NCBI GenBank assembly: GCA_043228905.1
Contig: JBHGNT010000009.1
Coordinates: 19,778,001 to 19,842,000 of the forward strand
Source: Azolla caroliniana
Taxonomy: Eukaryota; Plantae; Polypodiophyta
Reading direction: 5' to 3'
Length of the DNA stretch: 64,000 nucleotides
Positions 12,191-25,412 of this stretch are shown piece by piece (positions within the stretch are counted from its first letter, which is position 1; each line of letters opens with the position of its first letter). Made by a program: the position numbers and the translations under genes. The notes under the pieces were generated by a model. It had not been told where the DNA came from. It made no database searches and saw only the letters and a program-made list of their open reading frames with translations.

Positions 12191-14050
12191 TTGAACCTTT
12201 GACCACAGACATGGTAGTCTTGAGCTTGATAAAGACAGTTATCCCTATGAGTACGTTTAAGAGAGACTCTAGAAGTCTATGACAACTGAGGAATGCAAAA
12301 TATCGAATTGGACAAATTGTCTCAATCATTCATGCATCACACTAAAAGAAAAAGTAAAATGGCAGAAAGTATAGGGTTATGTGACATGGGATACAATGCA
12401 AGCAAAAAGGGTATAAAGTAGCAAATAATGAACCCTTGAGTCTTCAAAAATATGCCGATTATCTCCAACGTTCCTCCTAGAAAAAACCCAAACCTGTGCT
12501 TTACGGTCATAAAGCCCCTTCCATCCTGGTTATCTATTGTCGATTGATAGGACTGGATTAGAAAAATATTGTTGATTGTGATGAAGGATTCAACTTATTT
12601 CTATTGCTGGTGAATGATATCTATTCTCGAAAGAATAACAATCCATATACAGCCATACAGCCATGCCTTAACAGCCATTTAGACCCGATAATGTTATCTT
12701 TTGAAATACCATTCTCCCATTTGTTGCTGGATATATATGAAGAGGATGAAGAAGGCCAGTTGGAGGATGTTTGTTTGCTGTAATTTGGTATTGGGACAAC
12801 TCAATGACATAATTATGGAAATGAATATGCGTTTTCAGCCTACAGAATATGGTGTATTGTGAATACATGGCCGATTCCAACATTACCCTTCTGAAGGTGC
12901 ATCATGGCACTCTCAGAGTATGAGATTGTGTAAGTAAGGTAATATATTTTGATATAAAGGATTGCTAGTAATCTGGAAGGTAACTTTTAAAGGGCAACAA
13001 TATTAGAAATATATTGAGCTCTTATGCAAGATTTTTATGATGATATTGAGAAATAAAATATCGGATTGGATTGTTGAATCTTAGAGCATTAAGTTTTAAC
13101 TTAACACGTCTGATTCTTAGCACATCTACAGTAATGTTCATAGAATCCAAATGGTAAAACCAAAGGCTTGCATTAACTTTGCCCAACACACTTTGTGAAC
13201 AACCAAGTCTTGTTGGCCTCGATATTGCTTTGAAGATCAATGATCAGGCATCACCATAAAGTTGGATTGATGTCTCTAGTATTTATGTTGGCAAACAACA
13301 ATGTTCAAAATAGATCTAGCTCATACTAATTGCGTGCAATGTTCAAGGAATTGTGGATGTGTACAATAGTGTAGTAAATTACAAAGACTCTTAACTATAC
13401 ACCGCTTCTCAATTGACATAAAGTTGGATGTATTAAACCATAAATAATAGTAACTTATTGATGCCATTATGATGGCCTTCAAAAAAAGGGAGTTGATGGT
13501 TTGTGCGCTTTCAACACACGCTCCTTGAATAACTTGTAATAATAAGCACAGAGCTAGTTGCATGTGCACAGCCAAAAAATGAGCATTTATGCACAACAAC
13601 AATGTCGATCGCTTCCATAAAACTCATTAAATAACAAAAATAATATATTATCTTCTCAATTTACATAAATCTTGGCATTAAACAATAAAAGAGTTCCACA
13701 TCCTAAACCCTAATCCATACACCCACCTTCCCATGAGATTATTGTCAAAGAACTAGATGCATGTGATTGGCTAGAGACGTGCATTCATGCTTAACACCGA
13801 CCCTGATTACTTTTATGTGGCCAACCAAAATTTGTTTGAGATGTTATTCTCTAGGAAACAATAAAGTAACCCTAATTGTGGTACACTTGAGTGAAATCCA
13901 AATCTTGATGCATTTGAGTGATAGTGAAGGAGGCAACAAATAACATAAGAGTACAAGTAACCCCATGAATTCGCCTTAACAAAACGATTATTTTGTATTC
14001 TTTCATGTGGGGACCCGCCTATAACTCTTGCTAATTTTATCCAATGTTCA

Positions 14051-14122
14051 AGTGTGTGTGGGTACAATACTATAAGTATGTGTGGGTACAATACTATAAG
14101 TGCATGTGGTACAATACTATAA
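14051..14122. repeat. 22-bp minisatellite x3
   Basis: gtgtgtgggtacaatactataa repeated. Confidence 0.8.
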
Positions 14123-14439
14123 ATGATAAATGACTCAAAAAATCTTCACTTTTCATTTTACATAAAGTCTTAAGTATTAAACCATAAAAGAGAAGTGGTC
14201 CATTGCCATCACACACCCCATCCCACAATACATATAGTAATCATAATAACATGGGGAAAATCAAAGACAAACGTTTGTGCACGACACCATTGTCTACCGT
14301 TTGCACATGGCCCATTAAATCATTCAAATGTTAGAGTATTCCAACAAAAACCCTCCACGCGAATTAATTTAGAGAGAGAGGAGTTGGTTATAATAACCCT
14401 CAATGACATGCCAAATGTTGAATTAGTATAGTGCTAGGA

Positions 14440-15000
14440 TTGTTGGAAGTGGCTTCAATAATGTTGAGGTGCTTTCAGATACACACGTTGAAATCTTGAC
14501 TCTGATCACTCATCTTGCAAGAGATGCATGGGAGCAATTTTCTTTTGTAATTATTGATCCAAATACATGTCATACTCTGGCATTTGGCCATTGAATATGA
14601 CTCCTTTCCTATTCTTGCGATTTTTCCCAATTTGATGCTCACCTTGTTAAGAGAAGTTCATCTTGCTCATATGGATGTTGTCGTTACAACTTATCTTCCA
14701 TTGATCAATTGTTGAAACCACATATGTATAATTTCATATTGGTTAATTTATCGAGGGTGGAACCTGTGGATGTGTTTGTCCTAAAGAGTCAACACTATTT
14801 TTGCCTCTACCATTCTTATCGATCGTTGTAAGTTCACAAGGTAAATCAAACGAACAAGGAGTTCCTCGTGGTCTTTTACCAACACCCATGTGATCTCATG
14901 TCATATCCCTCTAGGATAGTCGCTTGTGATGAACACTCACATTGAGTTTGTAATTTTTACAACCACACATTATTACTAAAATATTTGTAGTGAGAATCCT
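14440..15000 (-). mobile_element. Highly degenerate Ty3/Gypsy integrase C-terminal relic (tentative)
   Basis: Minus-strand remnants resemble the I..RIGK.SY and FNV..LK motifs downstream of the GPY/F module; no intact ORF. Confidence 0.3.
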
Positions 15001-16009
15001 TTGTTTTTGAAGACTATGCAACATAAGGTTCATATATGGTTTGTTGTTTCTTTGGTTGTTTGGAGTTCCTATATAGCTGAAAGGGTTGATTATGTGAAAC
15101 TTTGTGAGGAAGTGAATTGTTGGCTAAACATTTGAATGGAGAAGGGATAGAGGTATAAGACGACGTAGATGGCAATAACTCTACTAGAGAGTGGGGTGTT
15201 GCACTTAGAGAGCTATCCACGATCTTACCATTCAACAAAGATTCATCTCTATTATACATGTAATAGAGAGAAGCGGTCAAGACATATATTGAAGTTAGTT
15301 GTGTTGAACTAATGGGGGCGATGTCACCATTAGTTGGATATGGCAATGAGAATTGGGGGGTCCAATTGCTTGAACACAATGATATAATACCATGAAAACT
15401 AAGAGAAAGTATGTGAGCGATAACACAATAAAAAATCCACACAAGAATCTATCTGTATATGAAATATTTGCAAATGTTGAATGTTCCATAGAGGGTCAAT
15501 CTTATCGGGCCTCGTGAGTAGAGCCTATCAAAGTTATCATCCTGGTTTACAAGTGACAATTGCATAAATAGTTCCCCGTTTCTTAACATCAAATAATTGC
15601 AACCACTACTACTATTGTAAATGACACACTAACATACATCTTGCTCGTTTCTTTGAGAAAAGACAGAGAATATGACATATGACAAAACTTATGAACTCAT
15701 TGGTATGTAGATAATCAAGATTTGGATCACAAATTAAGTATACACCTATACCAATGAATCCTTTGACCGTTTACAATAATTTTATTGCTTTTGATACAGA
15801 TGTAAAGTTGAATTACTTGCATGAAAATTACAAATTTGTCGTACTACCTCACATGGTTATTGGTTTCATGTACAATTTGACGAAACATGCCAAGTCAAGT
15901 GCTTTGTGAATTTCATCGGTATAATGGTCATGGAATATGATAAGGAACGAGAAGAAGCACGATGTAGTGGGAGGAAGAAGGTAGACATTATGATGCGAGT
16001 ATGATCATG

Positions 16010-16011
<2 letters not shown>

Positions 16012-16056
<45 letters not shown>

Positions 16057-16080
16057 TTTCTATATATATATATATATATA
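16012..16080. repeat. (TA)n microsatellite
   Basis: Direct observation. Confidence 0.95.
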
Positions 16081-17204
16081 AATGAATAACACATAGCTCA
16101 CATATCTATTCACATTACAATAGGATGCCCAAAAATCTAGGAGAGATCCCATGTAGATATCATCTTTTAAATAGGCGTTGCTTCAATACCCAAATCACAA
16201 GAAGTAAGGAGACTATGGGAAATTAATTACTTGCACGATTCACTATACGACCATCACGTTAGGATAACACTTGGGATGGTGGGTTGGGTGTGTGTGCGCG
16301 GGAGAGTGTGAGAGGCATTATAAATTCCATAGGATGGGCAATAAGCGTAAAATTTTGTGCGTGATCCGGCGACTGCTTCCCCTGATAATCGATAGTTTAT
16401 ATCTTAATTCGTCGAGACTGGGGTGAAAGGTTACATGCTCAGGCCTTAACCAACAAACCAGGTTCACCAAATTACTCCTCAAGCATTGGGAATCGGGCGA
16501 TCCATGGCTGCTGCTCCTCGATCCACAACCAATGCATAGAATTCATCAATTCCATGGAGTCTCTAGAGATCATGGCGTGCAAGCAGAGTCAGGCCGAGAG
16601 GGCATAGTCGATGTGTCATAGGGGGGGGGGGGGGCAATTACACGGGAGGTCAGTCGATCGCGAAGGGGTTGTTCGGTCGTGAATGTAAAGCGGATGAATT
16701 GGTTCAGGGTTCAGGGTTTATACACACCCACACACACGTGCACACACAAGAGATGGAAATGGATGGGATTCCATCTCTGCCACTCTCGAAGATTTTGAGG
16801 GAATCCAAGTGGTTCGATTGCGATCCTTGTCCTGGGTAGCTGGGCTCTGTCTCATAGATCACAATTCGTCTTTCGTGGACGTAAAAAACATATCAAATCT
16901 ATGTACCTATCTTATCTATCCCTCACTACTAATGTTGGATGGACATTAACCTCTCTCTCTCTCTAGACATTCATTACATATTGTGTTTAATTGAAGTTAA
17001 GTAAAGATGAGAGAGAAAAACTAAACGTTTGGGAAAACAAATTGGAAGGAAGACAAATAGAAGAGAATAAATAAAAATTAAAACCCAAAAATAAGAGAGA
17101 GAGAGGGAGAGAGAGAGTTGGTTATTTATTTATTTATTGATTGATTTATTATTATTATTATTATTATTAATGCTCTCACCGATCTGGCCGTTTGTGGCTG
17201 TCCA

Positions 17205-17670
17205 AAACCAGGGCGGTTTCTCGGCGAGGCGGTTTCCCGGTCGTGGTGGTTTTCGGGAGCCGGTAGCGGTATTGGGAAGAGAGTGGTATTTCACTTTTTT
17301 TTTTTGGTTTTCTCTGTAGATGGAGGGGGGAGGTTTTTGAAGGCGGTTTACCGGGGAGTTTTCAAAACCCCCTGGTTTTAAATTTCGTTTGATGGTGGTT
17401 TACCGGGCGGTTTTCAAAACCCCCAGGGTGGTTTTCGGTAGCCGGTAGCGGTATTGGGAAGAGAGTGGTTTTTTTGCTTTTGCTTGTTTTGTTTTGTTTT
17501 TTTTGTCTCTGTGGATTGAGGGGAGGTTTTCGAAGGCGGTTTACCGGGGTGGTTTTCAAAACACCCCTGCTCTAAATTTCCTTTGATGGTGGTTTATCGG
17601 GCGGTTTTTCAAAACCCTCCCTCTCTCTGGTGGTTTAGGGTTTCCTACTGGTGGTTTAGGGTTTCCTACA
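17205..17670. repeat. GC-rich ~180-195-bp tandem repeat with GGTTTACCGG/GGTTTTCAAAACC motifs upstream of the DRB gene
   Basis: gccggtagcggtattgggaagagagtggt at ~17260 and ~17441; gaaggcggtttaccggg at ~17339 and ~17532; TTAGGGTTT twice at ~17635 and ~17656. Confidence 0.75.
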
Positions 17671-17699
17671 GAGCTGACTTCTATGGTGTATCTTTCTGT

Positions 17700-17846
17700 G
17701 TATTCTCTGTCTCTGTCTTTCTCTCTCTGTCTCTGTCTCTGTCTCTGTCTCTCTCTGTCTCTGTTTCTCTCTCCAAACTTGAAAATTCAAAAAGGACACA
17801 CACTCACAATATACACAGTACACTTTCTCTCTCTGCACTCTGCTCT

Positions 17847-17890
<44 letters not shown>
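17700..17890. repeat. (CT)n/(CTCTGT)n GAGA-type microsatellite in the DRB promoter/5' leader
   Basis: Direct observation. Confidence 0.85.
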
Positions 17891-17892
<2 letters not shown>

Positions 17893-18347
17893 AGTACTGT
17901 TTAAATGATAAATCCTGTAGGATAAGCCCCCCCCCCCCCCCCTTCTCTATTCCCCTGCTTCTTCTTCTTCCATGGCAGCTTCTCCTCCTCCTGCAGAGTA
18001 GACAACAGAGCAGGAACAGAGACAGACAGACAGACAGACCTAGACATATACATAGATAAGAGGGGAATATAGAGTGAGAGGCAGAGCTAAAGAGAGAGAA
18101 AGAAAGACCAGGGTTCTTTCTTTACTAACCTCTTTCCTTCCCCTGTCTCTGCAGAGAGCTTTTAACAAATTCCTCTAAACGTTACCCTAATCATATATGT
18201 GCATCTAGAGCAAACAACAGGAGAAAAAAAAAACCAGGCCTGCTTGTTTCATAAAAACAACACCACCAGCAAATTTCTTTGCCTCTGGTTTTTGTTGGTT
18301 CTTCATCCTGTTTTGATTTTAGCTAAAAAGAAGTAGAGTACGAAAAG

Positions 18348-19674
18348 ATGTATAAAAACCAGTTACAGGAGCTAGCACAGAGGAGCTGTTTCAGTTTACC
18401 TGCATACACATGTATAAGAGAAGGGCCAGATCATGCACCAAGGTTCAAAGCTACAGTAAGTTTCCATGGAGAGACCTTTGAGAGCCCCCATTACTGTGCA
18501 ACACTGAGGCAAGCAGAACATTCTGCAGCTGAAGCAGCCCTCAACACACTCTCAAAGAGAGGAGGACCTTCTCAATCCTTAGCTGCAAAGATACTTGTAA
18601 CTATGAATCTCTCTCTGTCTCTCTCTTAGTGTATCTGTACCACATTTGTAAATCAGGTCTTCCTTTCAGATGAAATTTGTTGTTTTGTTTTTGCTCTTTT
18701 AATTCCTTGTTAACTTGTGTTGATTTTTCTCTCTCTTTTAGGTTTTTCATGTGTCATTTTTTTGTTTTGTTTTTTGCTGTTTTGTTTTGCAGGATGAGAC
18801 AAGTGTTTGCAAGAATTTGTTGCAAGAGACTGCTCAAAGAGCTGGGGTTTCTCTGCCTGTCTATACCACTATACGTGGAGGAGCAGGGCACTTGCCTGTG
18901 TTCAAGTGTATAGTGGAAGTGGCAGGGAGGGTTTTTGTAGGCGATCCTGCGAAATCGAAGAAACAAGCAGAGAAGAATGCAGCTATGTCAGCATGGTCAG
19001 CAATCAAGAAACGTATGTCTCTCTTCTTTCTCTCTCTCTTTTGGTTATCTCTTCTTGTCTTTCATGTCCATGGGTAGGGCATGCTTGCATTGATAACTTG
19101 GGCATATCAACACTACTACGATTGATCGAGCTCAACACAATGGTTAGGCATGTACAACAGCACTGTGATTAGACATGCTCAATCTATGATTGGGCATTTC
19201 AAGTCCATAATTTGATCATGCTCGCATTAGGGTTGAGCATTTTTTCACACTTTGATTGGAGATATTCATACTGAATTGAGAAGAGGTTTATAGGGTTTAC
19301 TGAATTGGACCTACCATTGATCCAAACATTAGACTGTCTGGGAAACATTAGAGATTCTGAAATTGAGAAGAGGTTTAGGGTTTACAATGGTGAAGATGAT
19401 CTGGGAAACATATACTGATGTCCAAAGCATAGTATTGAACTTCCATAGTAGAGTTTCATACTCAATCTCATATGATAAAGCACTGTAAGGGAAAATATGA
19501 GAAATTTGTAGTCAAGCTGATACTTTTGAACTCTGTAGAGAAAATATGATAGACAAACAAACCCAGACTATTGAACTACTATGAATAAAGAACAGGAGAA
19601 ATCTATGCAAGAGTTGAGTTGTGCACTATATGCTATCATATGTAGGTCTACTGAATCTTACTGGTATGTTATCA

Positions 19675-19716
<42 letters not shown>

Positions 19717-21709
19717 CCTCTCACACTCTCTTTCTTTCTCTGCAGTGACTCAATACCCTGCCTTAGTTGATTCAGAAAGAGATGAGCTTTGCAGCAGGGC
19801 AGGTGCTCTTACCCTACACAGAAGAGATAACAAGAACCCGGCAAGTTCGAACTCAAGGATGCACTCTGTTCACCACCATACTAGCAATAGCCATAATAAT
19901 CATAATCGAAGCTATGGTGGTGGTGGAGGTCGTCCGAGGGTTAGAATGGTAAATGTAAGAGAAAGAAGCAATCTCTTGAGCAGAGAAGGAAGTCCAGCAG
20001 CAAGTGGTCATTTCAGTTCGGTTTCTTCTTCCTCATCTGGGGATACAAATTATAATGGAAATGGAAGGTTTTCTTCGTCGAATCAACAATCTGGCAAGTT
20101 GCATCACCGAAGTCACTCCTTATCTGGGCTTGATTCTTCGTTACAGGAAGCTATAGCAATGAATAAGGCAAATAATGCTAGTTCCAGTAGTATGGAGAAT
20201 GCATACATGTCCAACAGACTACTGCCTCCGCCTACACCTAGAAAAACTCAAAATCAAAACCAAAATCCTCTGCAAAGATCTCTCAGTCGCTTATCGCTTC
20301 AATCATCAAGTGATAGATTTGAATTGAGGAGACCTCTAATAGAAGAGCTTCAGAGAGATGGGGATGAAGAATGGCTAGATAGCATGTCAACATACTCCCA
20401 TCAACATTCGAAAGGGAATAATAATAACATTAATAACACTGAGCAGTTAATGAATACCTCCTCTGCCTCCCGCCTACACACTGGTAGGCCATTGTTCCAA
20501 TCTCAGAGTGAGAGATTTGAATTGAAGCCGAGCTTGCTCGAGGAGCTCTATCCGAGGGATGATGAGGATTGGTGGATGAGGGGAGAGATCATGGAGCCTA
20601 TGAGTGCCATTGATAGAGACAGAGAAAGAGAAAGGGATAGAGAAAGAGAACGATCAAGTACCTATGGAGAGCGCGACAAGAGTGCTTATCAAATTGGGAG
20701 AAGTGATTCAGATCGGTTAGCAAATGTTGCTACCCTCCTACACCATAGCCAGCCATTATTCCAATCTCAAAGTGAGAGGTTCGAATTGAAGCCAAGCTTG
20801 CTCGATGAACTCTATCAAAGAGATGACGAAGATTGGTGGATGAGAGGAGAACCAGTGAGTGGCTTTGATAGAGATATGTCAAGTATCTATGGCGAGCAAG
20901 ATAACTCATACAAGTATTATGAAGGCAATAGTGGAAGATTTAGCTGTGAAAGCTTGCCATATCTAGATAACTATAGCAATGATCATGCAAGCATTCAGGC
21001 TTCTTACATGAGTGCATATGGAGATGCCAATAACACATCCTATTGCAATTTTAACGATAACATTGCGAATAATAAGGCCATGCAGTATGCCAAGTATTCA
21101 GAAGGGTCAAAGCTTCATCATCAAGTTTCATATGCTGGATTCAATGAAGCATCTCAGAACGCTTCTTATGCTAGTAGCAAATACAATGATGGAGGTGGTG
21201 ATCCTAGTTCCTCTTCTTCGTCTTCATACAAATTTGATGCCGAGTCTACCAAGGGATCATTCTTGTATGATCATGCTACCATTACCAATAGTGCTTTCCC
21301 AGGTGGGGGTTATAACCCAAGCACTAATAGTACTAGTAGCAGTAGCAATGTGATGGCCGACGAGCAAGCATCGGCTTCTTCTTCAGCTTCGATATGGTCT
21401 CGTCCAGCACAATGGTGGACATCTCACGTGAGTTCGAATTCTTCCACGACCGCAATGGCAGCAGTTGTCCAGTCATTGGGTCTTCGTCCGGCTTCTTCTG
21501 TGGCCCCACCTGTCCGAGTCCGGCAGATGGTGGCTGTTTCTTCTTCCCCTCCCCCTCGGACGAGCAATGCTGGTGTGAACACGAACCACAGCCACCCCCG
21601 GCACCGTCGCTCGTTGCAACAGCTCTCGGAATCCTCGACTGTCACTGCCAGTGTCAGTCTGGATGTGGATGCGACTACTCGCCGCCTTTTCGATCGGATT
21701 CGGCTATAA
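18348..21709 (+). CDS. DRB2: Double-stranded RNA-binding protein, DRB2/3/5-type; exons 18348-18596, 18793-19012, 19746-21709
   Basis: dsRBM1 MYKNQLQELAQRSCFSLPAY..IREGPDHAPRFKATV; dsRBM2 DETSVCKNLLQETAQRAG..LPVY...KSKKQAEKNAAMSAW. GT-AG junctions keep the frame (CTT|GT, AG|GAT, AAAC|GT, AG|TG). C-terminal APPVRVR motif. Exact orthologue within the DRB2/3/5 clade not resolved. Confidence 0.88.
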
Positions 21710-22616
21710 ATGACTTGGGGGTGGGGAGTCTGGATGGGCAATTTGTACTGTACTTTCCATGTGTGGGATCGATCAATGGGCGTGCACATTCTCAATATTT
21801 GGTCGGGGTTCTTGATGCTGTTAACCTACCTCCCCACAATTCTCAACTCCTTGGGATGGGAAGATCTTGGTCAAAAGAATGCACACCAGGAGAGAAATCT
21901 GAGAAATATGGGGAAGGGGAAAAAAGAAGACTGAAAAAAAGAAAAAAACATCTTCACTTCCATTTCATATAGTGAAGCAATTGAATGCGAAAAAGAAGAA
22001 GAAGAGAAGCTCAGATATGAATGAATTGGAAACCCCCTTTCTTTTTCTCTGGTTCTCTCTCATATGAGACAATCCATCTAACATTGAAAGTTTTTTAACC
22101 TGATTTGGAATGAATGAGATAAATTTGTCCCATTTTTTTTTTGTTGTTGGTTAGTACTACACTATGTTATGTATGAGATGGTGGGTGTGTCTTAGTGGTG
22201 GTCCCATGTTCATGAAGTCCGTTTTTTCGCATCATCATATCTATATAGTTGTATGCATTGAACTAAACTCAATTGAATTGAATATTGAATTGAGATGAAA
22301 GGGATAGAGGAAATGAAAAAGGTAGAAGATGCAATTGTTAGGCAAGAAAAAGTGATGTCTCTGGGCATATTCCATTACTCCACCTGCAACTACTCTGTTC
22401 TGTTCTTTCATTCTTCCCTCTTTTCTCTCATTGGGCATTGCTACTCCCCACACCATGGTCTGACACAAAATCCTTCCTCTTTCCTTTATATTCTCTTTTG
22501 TTTTTTTTTGAATTGGGCTCAACACCCAAGAAGACAACAGAGAGTGATTGATTTTGGCACGTGTGGCTAGCACGTGATCAAACATACATATTATTCAATT
22601 AGAGACATACATGCAT

Positions 22617-22724
22617 AGATACATACATTATTACATTCATACATGCATACATACATACATACATACATACATATACATCATCCATACATACATGCACACA
22701 CACACACACACACATGTATGTATG

Positions 22725-22768
<44 letters not shown>
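22617..22768. repeat. Compound (ACAT)n(CA)n(TATG)n(TA)n microsatellite
   Basis: Direct observation. Confidence 0.95.
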
Positions 22769-22771
<3 letters not shown>

Positions 22772-25129
22772 CATTTGTCCTGTCCATCAATCCATCCATT
22801 GCATTGTGATATGTTGGATCTCTATGGTGCAATGGCTTTTTTCCCTCTTACATATCCTTCCATTGCTTTGTCTTCTTTAATGCAAATCAAAACAGTCCAT
22901 ACCATAGTTTTATCTTGGTTTGTGCCCATCGTGTACCCCCGCTAGTCCTTGCACACCATATGCTTTATTACTTGGACATCTAGTCATTGGACATCGACGC
23001 GTTGCGCCACAATTTGCGAATTTATGAAACGTGGTTGGCAGGATTAAACATTTTGAGAAATACCAGACAATTCGAATGCAGCAATTATGTTCATGTTCCA
23101 ATGCATTTATAATGACCCTATAGTTACAAATTCGTTGATATATTGTATTGTATATCTCTCTAATCATTCAATTCTTTCTCTCGAGTCTTACTATTAATAC
23201 TACCATTAATAAAGATGTCCACTTTCTAAATGTCTATAGTATTGTGAATCCTTTTTCAAGGTTTATGATAAGTATGTGCTATTAGAATAAATGAAACGAG
23301 AATAAAGTTTCACGCTTTGCAAATCAAAACATTGATTGAAGCCACTTTACACTAAAACAACTTCTTTCATGTTATAGTAAACATTTTTTCTTTGGAAAAT
23401 GATGGCCTTTTGATGTTCTCAAGAGACTATATACTTGAACAATTGGCCGAAAAGAGTGTTATGAGTGAGTCCCTATGGTGGTGCATATTGTGTAGGTTTG
23501 TTTTGGAGTTGTTTGTGTACATGGTAAAATATGTTGAGAAGCATTCTTGGATGGCAGTAGACGATTTACAACATAGTGCTTATTCTTAATTGCTTGGTTA
23601 TGACATTTTAAGGAGATGGAGATATGGTATACTTTCATTAGGTATGATCATATGTTTGGTGCATCCCAACACTTCCTTGTGTAATAGTATATATGCAAAT
23701 TCTTTTTTCCTGCCATCGACAATGCACAATTTGATGCTTATCGTAAGCATATTATTTTATTATCATCCTCGGAGGACAGATGTACATGTTCAAGTATATT
23801 TTATTATTTTATTTTCATGTAGTCCAAGTATTTGGCAAGCGACTCTTAATGTTCAAGGAATTTACTAACGAACATCGAAATTGAGAGCACGGATTGTAGT
23901 TTAGGGAGAAATATGAGTGGGAAAAGCAAACTTGAAGAAACGAGTTGGTCTTGAGATTATACATTCTCAGCAATCCTTGTGTTATGAGTCTTGTTGTATA
24001 CCCTATACCTATGTATGCTCAAAATTGCATGAGTGCTACTCACGAGATCCTCAAAATGGTACATATAGTGTCATATGTACAATAGTCTTCAATGTTGGGA
24101 GCCTCTTGATTGACGGCTACACATTGTGACCACTTGCATAATATTTCTTTGGATTGCGTGTTGTTAAAAAAGATCACCCTTGAAGAAACTTGTTATTATC
24201 ATTCAAGGAGATAAGGCAATCCCATAGTTGAAACATGACCTCTTAAACCAGAATTAGTCTTATTTTCGCTAACATTCAAGCTAGTGCCATCTTGAATTCG
24301 AGCACATTGTTCTAGAAACTTGGATTACACCCTTCAAAGATTACCTTTCTAAATGTTTGCATATCACATGTAGTGCACAAGAGTCACGTCTTACCTACTA
24401 CATGATATGTAGGGAAAACTGGAAAAGACATCCAATACAAAGTAGGACAATCGACAATCTTAGGCCTTAACAACTTTCATAACTTTAGGATATATATTCT
24501 GGGTTATCCATATGAGATATACAATATAACAAAATCTTGCTTGACTGTTTTTTTGTTGAAGTTAAGTAATCATGCTTGAACATATCTCACTATGTCTCAT
24601 ATGTTCAACTAGGCACTAACCACATTACCTCAAGCCTTGGAAACATGAACAATTGTTTTCTTCCATTTATTTATTAGCCAGTCATAGGTGCACTTTTGCC
24701 CGTTCGTGCATTCAAGGTTCCATAATTCTTGAAACACTAACTTACCAAGGTTTTTTACACATTGTAACAAGTAAAACTCAATTCATCTCCATATCAAATT
24801 GTGACATTGTCAAAAAAAGTTACCAAAGGTATAATTTTGTGGACATCATTGTCATGTGCATAACATTCTAAAAGGTGAACAAAGATTGCAAGCAGTGCAC
24901 GTCGTTTCATCATCAAACGGAAAGGATATTCATATATCTTCACATCCAAAAAAGACAATGCCCTGAAAATTTGGTGTTCATGTACCATGCTTGAACAATC
25001 TTCCAAGAAGCTTGGGAACATCGTCACCATCCAAAGAAAGCAACGTCTTTAACTTAGTTGTTTGTTTTCTACCTTATACGATTGTATTTATAAAAACAAT
25101 ACAAACGAAATGTTCCAATTTGTAAGCTA

Positions 25130-25412
25130 TAAGGACAAGGGTGAAATGATAGGGCATTTTGTAAACATAGCTTATACGTATATGGAGAGAGGGAATATAA
25201 TGCCGCAACTAAATCAACATAGGTTATAAGGACAAGGGTGATTGATAGAGCATATTGTAAATATAAGTTATACATATATGGAGAGAGGTAATATAATGCC
25301 ACAACTAAATCAACATAGGTTATAAGGACAAGGGTGATTGATAGGGCATATTGTAAATATAAGTTATACATATATGGAGAGAGGTAATATAATGCCACAA
25401 CTAAATTAACAT
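25130..25412. repeat. 96-bp tandem repeat x3
   Basis: ataaggacaagggtga...tatggagagagg.aatataatgcc.caactaaat at ~25130, ~25226 and ~25322. Confidence 0.9.

Noticed and set aside
12191-12400. Frameshifted DYW domain after the PPR stop
   Set aside because: No convincing HxEKLA or CxDCH motif was recognisable.
19745-21709. Stand-alone 654-aa gene
   Set aside because: Starts at a splice acceptor (tgcAG|TG) in phase with DRB exon 2; it is DRB exon 3.
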